Shown in pieces: positions 1 through 10,027 of a DNA stretch of 28,040 nucleotides. Position numbers and translations under genes: made by a program. Every line of letters starts with the position of its first letter. The stretch's first letter is position 1. The notes below the pieces were generated by a model. The model had not been told where the DNA came from. It did no database searches and saw only the letters and a list, made by a program, of their open reading frames with translations. Source of the stretch: a virus (lineage: Duplodnaviria; Heunggongvirae; Uroviricota; Caudoviricetes); IMG/VR virus record IMGVR_UViG_2778261689_000008, positions 1 to 28,040 of that record. One strand, 5' to 3'.

Positions 1-489
1 TCAAATCAAGCATCGCACTCTGAAGCAAGTAGCCATCTGCCTGCTTCCTTTGATCTGCGAGAAGTTTGTGGCAGTGATCACCAATCCCCCCTGTGCGCGA
101 GCAGCTTTCAGTCCAGCTTTTGTTCGTTCAACAATCAGTTCACGCTCCATTTCAGCCAGGGCACCCATCACATGAAAGAAAAAGCGTCCCATTGAGGTAC
201 TGGTATCAATTGAATCCGTCAGACTACGAAAGTTGATGCCTCGTTCGCGCAACTCCTCCACCAGCACGACAAGATGCCGCATACTGCGCCCCAGTCGGTC
301 CAGTTTCCAGACCACCAGCGTATCGCCTGCCGATAATGTCCTGAGCAGTTTTTTCAGTCCCGGCCTGTCGGACTTCGTGCCGCTGATTTTGTCCTCAAAA
401 ATCAGCTCACATCCTGCGCACTCCAGCACATTACGCTGCAATTCCGTGTTCTGGTCATTTGTTGACACGCGTACATAGCCAATAAGCAT
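1..489 (-). CDS. pin: Serine-recombinase DNA invertase (Pin/Gin/Hin family); catalytic domain intact, C-terminal DNA-binding region apparently out of frame
   Basis: Track ORF 1-534 reads MLIGYVRVSTNDQ...VVWKLDRLGRS...GALAEMEREL, the catalytic core of resolvase/invertase enzymes. Start trimmed to the ATG at 487-489 (GGGGGA 6 nt upstream). After ...KAARAQGG the frame gives an unrelated tail and stops at bases 1-3; the neighbouring frame reads IGDHCHKLLADQRKQADGYLLQ, which resembles the invertase HTH region as I recall it. Confidence 0.8.
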   Translation of the reverse strand: MLIGYVRVSTNDQNTELQRNVLECAGCELIFEDKISGTKSDRPGLKKLLRTLSAGDTLVVWKLDRLGRSMRHLVVLVEELRERGINFRSLTDSIDTSTSMGRFFFHVMGALAEMERELIVERTKAGLKAARAQGGLVITATNFSQIKGSRQMATCFRVRCLI

Positions 490-546
490 GAGCATCCCCC
501 TGAATAAAAACCGGAGATGATGCCAGTTAGCCATAATCTCTGCATT

Positions 547-570
547 TTCTTAAACGTTGGTTTGGGAGAA
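547..570. other. Invertase crossover site, left copy (imperfect palindrome ttcttaaacgttggtttgggagaa)
   Basis: Its reverse complement matches 2336-2359 at 19 of 24 positions in inverted orientation; both copies encode N-(V/L)-G-L-G-E in frame within the tail-fibre reading frames. Confidence 0.6.
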
Positions 571-915
571 GCGGCTAAAAGAAATGTAGGGACCGGCACC
601 AATCAAATTCCTGACATGTCTAGCTTTACAAGTGGAAATGGCTGGTGTCGTTACCCTGATGGAACTATCTTTCAACGTGGTGTTTCAGTGGCAGGAGCGA
701 TTGGATCTCCCACTTTTATAAATTTCCCCATTGCATTTACCAACTACTCAACCGTGCAAATTGTTGTGTCGTATGATAATGCGGAATCTTCAGTAAATTC
801 AATTCCTTCTTTTGCTGCTACACCCGTTAGTACCGGTCTTGGTTTTAGCTTAATGGGTTCCCAGCCATCAGGTAGCAATACAACTTATTGTCGATGGATA
901 GCTATAGGTAAATAA
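547..915 (+). CDS. Silent alternative tail-fibre C-terminal cassette (would be fused to the constant N-terminus after inversion)
   Basis: Track ORF 517-915 on the opposite strand to the expressed fibre; shares the GLGE junction motif at the crossover site; no convincing own start or RBS. Confidence 0.55.
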   Translation, partial: FLNVGLGEAAKRNVGTGTNQIPDMSSFTSGNGWCRYPDGTIFQRGVSVAGAIGSPTFINFPIAFTNYSTVQIVVSYDNAESSVNSIPSFAATPVSTGLGFSLMGSQPSGSNTTYCRWIAIGK

Positions 916-916
916 A

Positions 917-1360
917 ATGAAAAAATATGTGTACAGTGCAATAAATAACGCTTTCTATCCAACATCAATGAAAGAAGATTATATTTCTGGAAATTGCTGG
1001 CCTACTGATGGTGTTGAATGTGACGAAGATATATTTACAGAATATACAAAGGAACCGCCAACTGGGAAGGTCCGCATCGCTGGAAAAGATGGTTATCCGG
1101 AATGGGGTGAACTACCAGCACTAACTCATGATGAGCAGGTAGCAGCAGCAGAACGCAAGAGGCAGATTCTTATTGAACAGGCCAACTCTAACATGAACAG
1201 CAAGCAATGGCCTGGAAAAGCGGCTATTGGTCGTCTGAAAGGTGAGGAACTGGCGCAATATAATTTGTGGCTGGATTACCTGGACGCACTGGAGCTGGTT
1301 GATACCTCCAGTGTGCCAGATATTGAATGGCCTACGCCTCCGGCAGTTCAGGCCAGATGA
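917..1360 (+). CDS. Tail fibre assembly (chaperone) protein, alternative copy
   Basis: 147 aa; C-terminus LVDTSSVPDIEWPTPP parallels the C-terminus of the minus-strand Tfa (TATDTSTAPDVIWPELP); immediately follows the silent fibre cassette. Confidence 0.75.
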   Translation: MKKYVYSAINNAFYPTSMKEDYISGNCWPTDGVECDEDIFTEYTKEPPTGKVRIAGKDGYPEWGELPALTHDEQVAAAERKRQILIEQANSNMNSKQWPGKAAIGRLKGEELAQYNLWLDYLDALELVDTSSVPDIEWPTPPAVQAR

Positions 1361-1934
1361 CATCCGGCGCTGTGCTGGTATCTGTTGCCGTCACCGCGTC
1401 AATGTAATCCAGCACAGTGTTAAGTCGGGTGGTCTCTGCCTGCATCAGCTTCCGCCCGGCCTGCAATTTAAGTTGAATCAGACTAATGGAAGCCATTGCA
1501 GTATTAATCAGTGACTGACGCTGTACTTCTGCCGCGTCTACTGCGGCGCTATGCTGTGCCTCAGTATCGGTCACCCATTTCTTACCATCCCATTTATCGA
1601 ATGGCGTTAACGGGGTGATAGTGGTTGTATTTTCAGGATAATCACCCGGAGCTGTGATTTCTTTGGCGTCTCCCGTTTCGGTGTTATAGACGATTTCACC
1701 GCGATGGTCTGGCACATATTCCCATGAGTTTAAATCCATCGAACGGCAGATAGCATAACCCGCCTTATGTGTGCCAGGGGCATCTAAACAGGAATATGCA
1801 GGGATACCGACACCAATGGCAAGATATTCATTTGAAGTGGAAATATATTCCCGAGTTTCACCATCATAGTTATAGACGGTAATATTCCCCGCCTTCGTGG
1901 CAATAAGCTCGCTATTTAATACGGCGTTATCCAT
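1332..1934 (-). CDS. Tail fibre assembly (chaperone) protein, currently expressed orientation
   Basis: 200 aa directly downstream of the tail-fibre gene; conserved Tfa-type C-terminal motif; convergent 29-bp overlap with the plus-strand copy. Confidence 0.8.
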   Translation of the reverse strand: MDNAVLNSELIATKAGNITVYNYDGETREYISTSNEYLAIGVGIPAYSCLDAPGTHKAGYAICRSMDLNSWEYVPDHRGEIVYNTETGDAKEITAPGDYPENTTTITPLTPFDKWDGKKWVTDTEAQHSAAVDAAEVQRQSLINTAMASISLIQLKLQAGRKLMQAETTRLNTVLDYIDAVTATDTSTAPDVIWPELPEA

Positions 1935-2638
1935 TATGCAGCCCTCACGATAAAGTTAAATGCAATATTTCGTGGACGGGTTTCACTCCCGCCATATGAT
2001 GATGTAAATCCCGAATATGCCCGGTGTCCCGCATCCGTCGTATTAGCCCAGGAAGGACCGCTAGAAGTATAGATGGCCCCATTGTAATCATGGCCGTGTG
2101 CCTCAATGCTCCCGTCCTGAGCAGACAGGAGAGTCCGTCCTGAATCAATTCCTCTTCCATCATCCCACCCACGAATGAATTCGCCGCGTAAATCTGGCAA
2201 TTTATTTGTCGGATAAACTTTTGCCAGTTCCGGATACTCTTCGGCAGAAAAAGCTGCACCGTTGCATTTCAGCCAGCCTGTTGGCGGTGTGACTGAAGGC
2301 CACGGAACAGGCACACCTACGGGTAATGCAGAGCCTTCTCCCAAACCAAGGTTTTCGAGAGCCGTTTGCACAGTGCCATCCGATTTGATATCGCCAAACG
2401 GATTCTTGCGGCTTAACAGCAGCGCGCGAAGTGCGGTAAGCAACTGATCGTGCCGCCCCTTCTCCAGGCTGGCACCGGATGCCTCCACCACGCTGCAAAG
2501 CTCCTCCTGCAACATGTCAAAGTAGTCATCATCCAGATCGGTGGCAGGCGTGCCAGTCTGGGGGTTACCACGGGTAAAACCGTTCTTACCCGCGCCGAAC
2601 TTATCCTTCTGCGCGGTTTTCGTGTCTATACGATGCAT
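1934..2638 (-). CDS. Tail fibre protein: constant N-terminal part (about 2348-2638) plus invertible C-terminal part (1934 to about 2347)
   Basis: 234 aa; follows the baseplate genes; glycine-rich C-terminal domain; crossover site embedded at the ENLGLGE codons. Confidence 0.75.
   Translation of the reverse strand: MHRIDTKTAQKDKFGAGKNGFTRGNPQTGTPATDLDDDYFDMLQEELCSVVEASGASLEKGRHDQLLTALRALLLSRKNPFGDIKSDGTVQTALENLGLGEGSALPVGVPVPWPSVTPPTGWLKCNGAAFSAEEYPELAKVYPTNKLPDLRGEFIRGWDDGRGIDSGRTLLSAQDGSIEAHGHDYNGAIYTSSGPSWANTTDAGHRAYSGFTSSYGGSETRPRNIAFNFIVRAA
2336..2359. other. Invertase crossover site, right copy (ttctcccaaaccaaggttttcgag)
   Basis: Inverted partner of 547-570; lies inside the tail-fibre coding sequence at the constant/variable junction. 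Confidence 0.6.
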
Positions 2639-2641
2639 GGA

Positions 2642-3226
2642 TTACTCCGGATATTTAAAAATTACGTAGGTATGCGACGGGCAGAGTTTGTTAAGCACAC
2701 ACTCGACAACGGTGTCGCCCCAGATACGCAGTGCGGAATCACAGGGATCGCCACATGTCATCCAGGTGGTGTTGGTGGTGGTTGGCATGTTGACCTGCCA
2801 GTAATACCGCCATTCCGGCGCATTCACCGCGTCAGTACAGGCCGATGAGCAGGTGAACGTGCTTTTGTCGTATCGCGTGATGGTGGCGTCTGGTCTGCCC
2901 AGGGCAGCAAGCTGTGCAAGGTAAAAATCCTCATTGATGCCGCCCGCTAGGTTAACCTTCGCATCCAGCCGTTGCTGACGCTGGCGAAGGGTCTGCGTCC
3001 CTGCGGGAATACATTCATCCGGCAGGCCGCACAGACGCTCCCAGCGATTTATCAGTTCAGTGGTGGTACGCGGATCCAGCTCCCGCATCAGGGCATCCGC
3101 ACGCTGATGAACACGGGTTAATGACGGTGCCGCACCGGCAATCGCCGGATCGCTGGCTGACCATGCCGGACCGGGCGGCAACAGTGCCGATAACAGGCGG
3201 ATGTAATCATCGTTTGTCACGTCCAT
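2642..3226 (-). CDS. Mu gp48-like tail/baseplate protein (YmfQ-like)
   Basis: 194 aa between baseplate J and the tail fibre, the position and size of Mu gp48 / e14 YmfQ. Confidence 0.65.
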   Translation of the reverse strand: MDVTNDDYIRLLSALLPPGPAWSASDPAIAGAAPSLTRVHQRADALMRELDPRTTTELINRWERLCGLPDECIPAGTQTLRQRQQRLDAKVNLAGGINEDFYLAQLAALGRPDATITRYDKSTFTCSSACTDAVNAPEWRYYWQVNMPTTTNTTWMTCGDPCDSALRIWGDTVVECVLNKLCPSHTYVIFKYPE

Positions 3227-4275
3227 GAAATCGTCCCCAGAACCGCCAGTTCATTTTTCGCAATGGAGATATTGTCTGCCGGTGCAAGCAACTGATGGCT
3301 ATATTCCCCGTTCGCACCGGAAATCGCCTCACTGATACGCGATACCTTCAGTTCTCCCTGCGGATAACCATCACGCAGAAGAAACGAACGCAACTCCGCG
3401 GTGATGGCGGCTCGTATTTCTGGTGTGTCCGGCGTCACGCGGATATGAAAATCCACCGTATGTGCCACCGGCCTGAATACATACAAATCAGAGCCTGCCA
3501 CCGGGGCCAGTGGCACGATATGTTGTCTTGCTGCCGTTTCCGTTGATTCTTCCGGAATGGGATTAATCAGGTCACTGCTGGCAATCATCACACCGACAGT
3601 TCCCGTTCCCATCCAGTGACGGTATGTCCATGCGCGGGTAATGCCGGGCACTTCTTTAGCCCAGACGACATAGTCCCCGTCAGCCCCGCCCTGAGGCGTC
3701 CAGTAATACCGCTCAATGACGCGGGCGCGCCACGTTTCCAGCTCTTCAGTATCAAATCCGCCTGTAAGGGTGTCAGCCACACCGGAAGACGGCAGACCAT
3801 TCACCGGCGTGACCAGGATTAATGCCGTACCGTCGTCAGCGTTACCGACCGCACCTGCACTTGAGCAGGCGATCGGCACGCGCAGGACACCACCGGAGCT
3901 GGTTGCATCGGCAGTTGCCGTGTACTGAACCAGGTCATCGCGCTGAATAACACTCCCGGCGGTCACCTTCAGGCCATCGCTGACACCTTCCCAGCGCATA
4001 TACCCGCTGGCAGCCGTGGCCCCCTTGCGCGGACACCGTTTCATCGCAGCATGTCGCGCCAGCCAGGACTCATCGCACAGGTCAGGCAGCATGTTCATTG
4101 CCAGATAATCGATGTAACCGTAAACCGTATGCAGCGCCGCCGCATACACCTTTGCCCGCACGTCTTCATCCATGCGCCGGAGCGTGTCGCTGACGTCCAG
4201 CCTGGCGAATAAATCGTTACGGAGCATACTGATATTTTCTGCCAGCGTCGGGCGCTGAAATTCACTGTCCGCCAT
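3217..4275 (-). CDS. Baseplate J-like protein (Mu gp47-like)
   Basis: 352 aa; position in the Mu-like baseplate gene order; overlapping start/stop with neighbours. Confidence 0.7.
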   Translation of the reverse strand: MADSEFQRPTLAENISMLRNDLFARLDVSDTLRRMDEDVRAKVYAAALHTVYGYIDYLAMNMLPDLCDESWLARHAAMKRCPRKGATAASGYMRWEGVSDGLKVTAGSVIQRDDLVQYTATADATSSGGVLRVPIACSSAGAVGNADDGTALILVTPVNGLPSSGVADTLTGGFDTEELETWRARVIERYYWTPQGGADGDYVVWAKEVPGITRAWTYRHWMGTGTVGVMIASSDLINPIPEESTETAARQHIVPLAPVAGSDLYVFRPVAHTVDFHIRVTPDTPEIRAAITAELRSFLLRDGYPQGELKVSRISEAISGANGEYSHQLLAPADNISIAKNELAVLGTISWT

Positions 4276-4690
4276 GCGTTATCGCACTCCACAGATCATC
4301 AAAAGAAATCATTACCGGTCCGTCACGACGCCAGAGAGTGATACTGTTACCCAGTTCATTAATCCCGGTGCGGCGGATATCCAGATCAATACGGGACACC
4401 ACGCCGTCATCAATCATCCATTGCAGGCATTCGCGGATATACCCCCTTACCGTCTGCACCAGCTGATTGGTCAGTTTGCTGCGCTGAAGCAGCCACAGTC
4501 GGGAGCCGTAACGGTCATTCTGTACCGCAGGCCAGGTATCCCCCCACCATCCCATCGGGACGTCGGCGTTGTCATCAGGCTCCGCCCGCCGCCAGGTAAA
4601 CAGGGAAATCACCACGGCGCGGGTCAGCGGATCCAGTTGTGCGCTGGCGCAGGTGCGTTTACCGTTCACCGTCAGCCACAGTTCCATCAT
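4262..4690 (-). CDS. Baseplate wedge protein, gpW/GP46-like
   Basis: 142 aa between the gpV-like and J-like genes. Confidence 0.6.
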   Translation of the reverse strand: MMELWLTVNGKRTCASAQLDPLTRAVVISLFTWRRAEPDDNADVPMGWWGDTWPAVQNDRYGSRLWLLQRSKLTNQLVQTVRGYIRECLQWMIDDGVVSRIDLDIRRTGINELGNSITLWRRDGPVMISFDDLWSAITHGGQ

Positions 4691-5235
4691 GCCTCCATCG
4701 CTTTATCAGGTTTGTCGGTGTTACTGCCCTGACCGTTCTCTCTGTGACGATGCCCGTTATAGGCAAGCCGCATCGCTGACATGGTGGTGCCGGTGGAGTC
4801 GCACAGGTCTTTCACCTGTCCGGTCACTTCCAGGTCCATTTCAAAACGTGCCTTAGGCGCATTGCGAAACGTGATCGTTTTACCTGCACCGTCCACCACG
4901 ATCCCCTCCCGGGCCAGCGTCACGGACTGCCCCTGATCGTCATAGACAGCCACCTCACCCGTCTGCAGCCCTTTCAGGCGGTAGCGCCGGTCCGACACCG
5001 TAACAACCACCGCATGAGAACGGTCGCCATCCGGAAACAACACCACCGCTTCCGCACCGCTGTTTGCCCTTGCGGTAAAACCGTAGGGTTCAAGATGTTC
5101 AACCCCGGCTTTGGGTTCACCGGCAATCAGGGACACATCCACGGTCTGACATTTCGTGGCGGCACTGATGCTTTTCACCACTGCCCGCCCAATCAGGCCG
5201 AGGAGTTGTCGCTGCATGGCTTCAATCGTCCTCAT
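4687..5235 (-). CDS. Baseplate assembly/spike protein, gpV-like (Mu gp45-like)
   Basis: 182 aa; position after the hub protein. Confidence 0.65.
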   Translation of the reverse strand: MRTIEAMQRQLLGLIGRAVVKSISAATKCQTVDVSLIAGEPKAGVEHLEPYGFTARANSGAEAVVLFPDGDRSHAVVVTVSDRRYRLKGLQTGEVAVYDDQGQSVTLAREGIVVDGAGKTITFRNAPKARFEMDLEVTGQVKDLCDSTGTTMSAMRLAYNGHRHRENGQGSNTDKPDKAMEA

Positions 5236-6314
5236 CAGAACGGGTCCTCCTGTACTCTGGCTTTTTTCTTTTTCCGCGCGCCGGGGGCTTCGGGTTCAGG
5301 CAGATAAGCATCAGGTGGGCCGACACGGATTTCCGTCATGGTGCCGTTCTGGTCCTGAGTGAACGTGACTTCCGAGACAAGCAGTTCGGTATTGTCGAAA
5401 CCACAGACCGGATCGAAGACAATCACCCGCTGGTTGGGCTGCCACAGCGTACCGTTACCCTGTCGCCAGCCCTGCACCAAATAGGTGGTTTCATCCGTCC
5501 GCGCCGCCCGTTGTCGGGCTTCAAAGTCAGCACGCGCAATACAGCCTGCCCCCGTGGCCTGCCCTGTCTGCCTGATATACATCGGACGGTAACGGGCAAT
5601 AAATGCGTCCTCTGTGCGGGCCCGCAGCGCGGTGGTGGTGGCCTCACCGAAATCATCGTCGTTCCCGGCACGCTGCCCCGCCACCTGGTAAACAGAAAAT
5701 CGCTCCCGGATACTCTTCTCCGTATCGCAGGAAAGGATGTTTTCCCCGAGTACCAGCGTAGTATGTGCCCGCGTTGAGCCAATACCGCCAATCACCAGCC
5801 TGCCGTGCGGGTCGTCGTAAGCCAGTGCCTGCTGCTGACCGAGTATTTTGTTGATTACCTCAATCACCGTTTCACCGTGATCAGGCTGAACATCAGGAAT
5901 AACACCCGACGGCGCACCGCTGTTCACCACCTCAATGCCGAAAGGCGCAGCAAGCGCCTGCGCAATCTGCACCAGCGAGCGCCCGTTAAACTGTGTCGGT
6001 TCGGCTGCACAGTCAATCAGGTCAGCCGTCAGACTACGTCCGGCAATACCGGTGCTGACCGAACGGGCATCGTAACGAACGGGAGTCGCCTCCACCCAGC
6101 CGGTGATCACCAGCTCATCACCAATCAGCACTTCCACTTTTGAACCGTTTTTAATGCGCGGCTGAAGCGTGGTGATACCCTCATCTCCCGGCCACTGGCG
6201 AGTGATCTCCACACTGAAATCCCGCGCCAGCCGTTCAATACCGGCACCGATGCGCACCGATGTCCAGCCATTCCACTCCTGGCCATTTACCCGTAGCGTG
6301 ACATTGTCGTTCAT
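5235..6314 (-). CDS. Baseplate hub protein (Mu gp44/P-like, late-control-D-like)
   Basis: 359 aa; follows the DNA-circulation-like gene as in Mu-type tails. Confidence 0.65.
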   Translation of the reverse strand: MNDNVTLRVNGQEWNGWTSVRIGAGIERLARDFSVEITRQWPGDEGITTLQPRIKNGSKVEVLIGDELVITGWVEATPVRYDARSVSTGIAGRSLTADLIDCAAEPTQFNGRSLVQIAQALAAPFGIEVVNSGAPSGVIPDVQPDHGETVIEVINKILGQQQALAYDDPHGRLVIGGIGSTRAHTTLVLGENILSCDTEKSIRERFSVYQVAGQRAGNDDDFGEATTTALRARTEDAFIARYRPMYIRQTGQATGAGCIARADFEARQRAARTDETTYLVQGWRQGNGTLWQPNQRVIVFDPVCGFDNTELLVSEVTFTQDQNGTMTEIRVGPPDAYLPEPEAPGARKKKKARVQEDPF

Positions 6315-7687
6315 TGCACTGGCACCTTCAGAGGGATCACCGGCACAAAGCCGGGATGCGTAATGGCATTACGCCGGATAATGTCCGCGTCACGCGCCGC
6401 GTTATCAAACCAGGTCGCCGCCAGCACCAGCGCGGGTAAAACCTCATCCGGTGTGCGCCGAATGATCCGTGCAGACTGTTTAAGGCGCGTGTTGATATCC
6501 GCATTCAGATCTGCTTTCACCCGGCGCAGCGCCAGAAACAGCGCATCACTGGTTGTACGGGACAACTCCTTATCAATTGCCGTATTCAGTGTGTCGCGAA
6601 TGTCAGTCAGTTCTTCCCACGTCGGCAGGTCAACCGTGTTTTTCACCGCCGGTGCATTGTTCAGTGCCGGATGCGTGACGGAAGGCCAGCCAGTGCTCTG
6701 CGCAGGTGTTGTTGCCTGCCCCACTGCGGAATTCTGCATCACCGCGGAAGTTGTTGGCGCAGGCAATCGGGTGACGGCATACGCCGCTTCACTGATTGCG
6801 GTCGTACGAAGGGTGCTGGCAACCACATTACGCTGCTGCGTAGCCGTGGCGGTGGTTTTACTGTCCGTTTTCCAGACGCCGCGCGGTTGCAGATCGCTGC
6901 CGAGGCTGACACCGGAAAGCGTTTTGATCATGGTGACCAGGTCGCTGGCGTTACCATAAAGGCGTTTCCCGGTACGCCACATTTTCTGCACCTGCTCAAC
7001 GAGATTTTTGCCTGACGATGGTGGCGGCAGAAGTACCGAGATATCCCCCTGCAACAGCCTGGCAGCATCCGATACGGCAGAATCCACCACTTTCATCGCA
7101 TCTGAAACATACCCAAGCATTGTGCTGACATTACCAACGACGTCGTTCTGCACGAAATCCGCCACGCCATCGATACTGAAACCTCTGAAGCTGTCACTGA
7201 TGCAGTCATCCAGTGCAGAACAGGATGACATCAGCGTCTGCGCCGTCGCCGCACCTGAAGTGGGGTAAGAGAGTTCTCCCGCTTCGACAAACTTCAGGTC
7301 AAAGCGGACAATACGCCCTTCACTCTTCGATGTGCTGACCCGAACTTCTCCGTCAACACAGACTTTCAGCTCACCGTATGTCGGATGGACAAGCGTGCCG
7401 GGACCGGGTTTATTCAGCGCGTCAATCAGGCGATCGCGCTGGTCAAAGCAGTCATCTCCCACCACATAAGCCGTGATGGACGGGCGAAAAGTGATTTTCC
7501 CCAGGTCTTCGGTATAGGGTTTGTCGCGGTTCGGGTATTCATGTGTTTCCACACGGCGACCGGTTCCCGCACTTTCTTCTTCAACCTTAAACGGCACGCC
7601 GCGAAATGACGCGTCCTGAAGTCTGTCACGCCAGCCTGAAGACGACGAAAGTAATGAAGGTCGGGTGGGAAATGAGGATAAATCCAT
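6311..7687 (-). CDS. Mu gp43 (N)-like DNA circulation protein
   Basis: 458 aa immediately downstream of the tape measure; N-terminal W-x-D-x-L...ASFRGVPF motif. Confidence 0.6.
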   Translation of the reverse strand: MDLSSFPTRPSLLSSSSGWRDRLQDASFRGVPFKVEEESAGTGRRVETHEYPNRDKPYTEDLGKITFRPSITAYVVGDDCFDQRDRLIDALNKPGPGTLVHPTYGELKVCVDGEVRVSTSKSEGRIVRFDLKFVEAGELSYPTSGAATAQTLMSSCSALDDCISDSFRGFSIDGVADFVQNDVVGNVSTMLGYVSDAMKVVDSAVSDAARLLQGDISVLLPPPSSGKNLVEQVQKMWRTGKRLYGNASDLVTMIKTLSGVSLGSDLQPRGVWKTDSKTTATATQQRNVVASTLRTTAISEAAYAVTRLPAPTTSAVMQNSAVGQATTPAQSTGWPSVTHPALNNAPAVKNTVDLPTWEELTDIRDTLNTAIDKELSRTTSDALFLALRRVKADLNADINTRLKQSARIIRRTPDEVLPALVLAATWFDNAARDADIIRRNAITHPGFVPVIPLKVPVQ

Positions 7688-7711
7688 AGACTGACCTCAA
7701 AAAGGACTGAG

Positions 7712-9619
7712 TTATCGTGGAAAACGAAAAGGGGAATACCCCACATCGTGCGTGATTTTCATCAGGGGATCGGCTTTGCCCGGTACATCAATTATCTTCA
7801 TACCTGGCGGAGCATTCTCGAACGTGACTTTCAGCTCGCTGTGCTGTGTCATGGAAGAAGATGGATTCAACAGCGGAACATTGGGTTTGTACTGACTCAG
7901 GCTGGCCTGATACTGCTCGTACTCTTTACGATCAAAAAAAGGCGTCCAGTCTGAAGCCAGAAACAGCCCTTTATTATCCAGCCAGTTAACCGTATCTTCA
8001 GGAACAACACTTTCCAGAGTATCTTTAACCGGCTCATACATCAGGGTTCCCAGAAAACCATATACCCCGGCCTTCCCGATAAAGCCGCGGCCTTTCCCCA
8101 TCAATCCCGTTTCTGCCGATACCTTCCCCAGCGTACGCATCTCTCTGGTCACTGCGGTAATGGATTTGGTAACGTCAGCAACCCATTTGGTTGCCATAAA
8201 CAGGGCAATCGCTTTCAGAACAGTTTCCCATCCCCCCATCGCCTGCGCCGTTTCATCCACCACGTGCCAGACTTTTTTTATGACAGGACCTACGGTTTCC
8301 CAGTTATCAATAATGAGGTAAGCGCCACCAACCAGAAGAGCAATCAGCCCCTTAGCAGGCGTCATATTCATCACACCGCCGAGAACTTTCATAATTCTGG
8401 ACAAAGAGCCTGCAGCGGCTCCCACCGTCAGTAAGGCCAGACCGATTTTAGCAATGGTCTTAACGAGCTCCGGGTTTTCACGGACAAACGTTCTCACTTC
8501 CTCAAGGAGCGGTTTTACCGCTTCAAGACCATCATTAACCTCAGGAAGAAACGTTTCCCCCAGCGTGGAAGAAATGGCATCAAGTTGATTTTGCAGAAGT
8601 AAAAGCTGGTTTTCCGTCGTCGCTGCCCTCGAAGCATATTCCTTCTGCATCGAACTGCCATACTGCTGGGAATCCGCAACCCGCCTGAAGTTGGTACGCA
8701 ACAAATCAAGGTTAGTCAGCAGAGGTGCTATCGCGCCCAGAGACTCTTTCCCGAACAGGGCATTCAGCACAGCTGCCTGTTTTTCTTTGGGCACTTTAGC
8801 CATCGCATCCAGTACAGACAGCATGGTTCCCCGGGCATCTTTCTGCATATCAGCAGCTAATTTCTTCGGATTGATCCGCAGAAAACGTAATGCCTGTTTC
8901 TGCGATTTTGTCGCGGAATTTCCCGCGGTCAGGGAAAGCATGAAGTTCTTGATCCCTGTGGCGGCAATTTCTGACTCCACGCCCATCCCGGCAATGGTTG
9001 CCCCCATTGCCGCGATTTCGCCGGAAGCCACACCTGCAACACCACCTAAAGGACCAATACGCGTAACAATATCGGAGATTTTCTTCGCATTCGCCGGGCC
9101 GGTATTACCAAGGTAGTTGATTTTGTCAGCCAGCCCGGCCACTTCATCCTGCGTCATATTAAACGCAGTACGCCACTGGGCCATCATCTGCCCGGACTCT
9201 TCAGCCGTGGTATCAAAGGCCACGCCCATCTTCACCGCATCAGTGGCAAACTGCATCAGTTCATCACGTGCAATCCCGGCCTGACCGCCAGCCGCCACAA
9301 TTTCCGCGATCCCGTCTGCAGACATGGGAAGCTCAGTAGACAAAGCGCGTACCTGCTCCGTCATGGCCTTAAACGCATCCGGCGTATCCAGACCGTCTAC
9401 CACTTTGCGGACATCAGCCATCTTCGATTCAAGGGTGATGGCTGATTTTACAGGGAGTGCCAGTGCCCCCATTATTGCAGTACCCGCCCCGGCAGCGCCC
9501 AGAGCAAGGCTGGAGACTTCTTTCTGAAACCCCTTAAGCTGACGCTGCATACCTTTAAGCGGGCCGGACAGCCTGTCAACGGCGGTGATGATGGCTTTCA
9601 GCTGAAAATTATCAGCCAT
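7712..9619 (-). CDS. Tail tape measure protein
   Basis: 635 aa, Ala/Gly-rich and helical with hydrophobic central segments; GAGGAG RBS before the ATG; located between chaperone and baseplate genes. Confidence 0.8.
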   Translation of the reverse strand: MADNFQLKAIITAVDRLSGPLKGMQRQLKGFQKEVSSLALGAAGAGTAIMGALALPVKSAITLESKMADVRKVVDGLDTPDAFKAMTEQVRALSTELPMSADGIAEIVAAGGQAGIARDELMQFATDAVKMGVAFDTTAEESGQMMAQWRTAFNMTQDEVAGLADKINYLGNTGPANAKKISDIVTRIGPLGGVAGVASGEIAAMGATIAGMGVESEIAATGIKNFMLSLTAGNSATKSQKQALRFLRINPKKLAADMQKDARGTMLSVLDAMAKVPKEKQAAVLNALFGKESLGAIAPLLTNLDLLRTNFRRVADSQQYGSSMQKEYASRAATTENQLLLLQNQLDAISSTLGETFLPEVNDGLEAVKPLLEEVRTFVRENPELVKTIAKIGLALLTVGAAAGSLSRIMKVLGGVMNMTPAKGLIALLVGGAYLIIDNWETVGPVIKKVWHVVDETAQAMGGWETVLKAIALFMATKWVADVTKSITAVTREMRTLGKVSAETGLMGKGRGFIGKAGVYGFLGTLMYEPVKDTLESVVPEDTVNWLDNKGLFLASDWTPFFDRKEYEQYQASLSQYKPNVPLLNPSSSMTQHSELKVTFENAPPGMKIIDVPGKADPLMKITHDVGYSPFRFPR

Positions 9620-9703
9620 GCTTCATCTCCTCATTTATACGGACGGCCTCTGCCTCCAGATCAGCAAAGTGGGAAATAGCCGTCCGGCGAAGTTCAAGGG
9701 GGT

Positions 9704-10027
9704 TTAATTTCCAGAACCACGCGACATTGTAGAATCGCTTCCGGAGGTCTCTTCCGTCTCCAAGCCGGTAAAAAAACGCATTACAATCATGCCTGCCTTG
9801 AAAATATCCAGCTTCGTCATCTGCGCTGCAGACGAGCGCGGGATCCCGGCCAGAAGCGGGATATATTTCAGCGCTACCTGACTGTCCATTTTCATACCAC
9901 CATCAGGTGAAACAGAGAAAGGGAACCCCAGCGCCTCAATCTCGTCATACGTAGGCTCACGTATTTCCAGCACATGCAGTGTTTCTTTGTGGGCGATGAT
10001 CGGTTTTTTAAGTACAAGCTCAATCAC
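9704..10027 (-). CDS. Tail assembly chaperone (Mu gp41-like)
   Basis: 107 aa between tail tube and tape measure. Confidence 0.55.
   Translation of the reverse strand: MIELVLKKPIIAHKETLHVLEIREPTYDEIEALGFPFSVSPDGGMKMDSQVALKYIPLLAGIPRSSAAQMTKLDIFKAGMIVMRFFTGLETEETSGSDSTMSRGSGN

Noticed and set aside
233-602. Track ORFs 233-478 (+) and 402-602 (-) overlapping the invertase gene and the crossover site
   Set aside because: They overlap the well-supported invertase reading frame or span the recombination site; no RBS or family resemblance.
1945-2498. Minus-strand ORFs 1945-2259 and 2202-2498 in alternative frames of the tail-fibre gene
   Set aside because: Out-of-frame overlaps of the tail-fibre coding sequence; the 1934-2638 frame carries the fibre-like sequence and the GLGE crossover motif.
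9620-9703. Programmed translational frameshift extending the tail assembly chaperone into the gap before the tape measure gene
   Set aside because: No canonical slippery heptamer at the 3' end of the chaperone ORF, and the zero-frame read-through product is short; cannot be supported from sequence alone.
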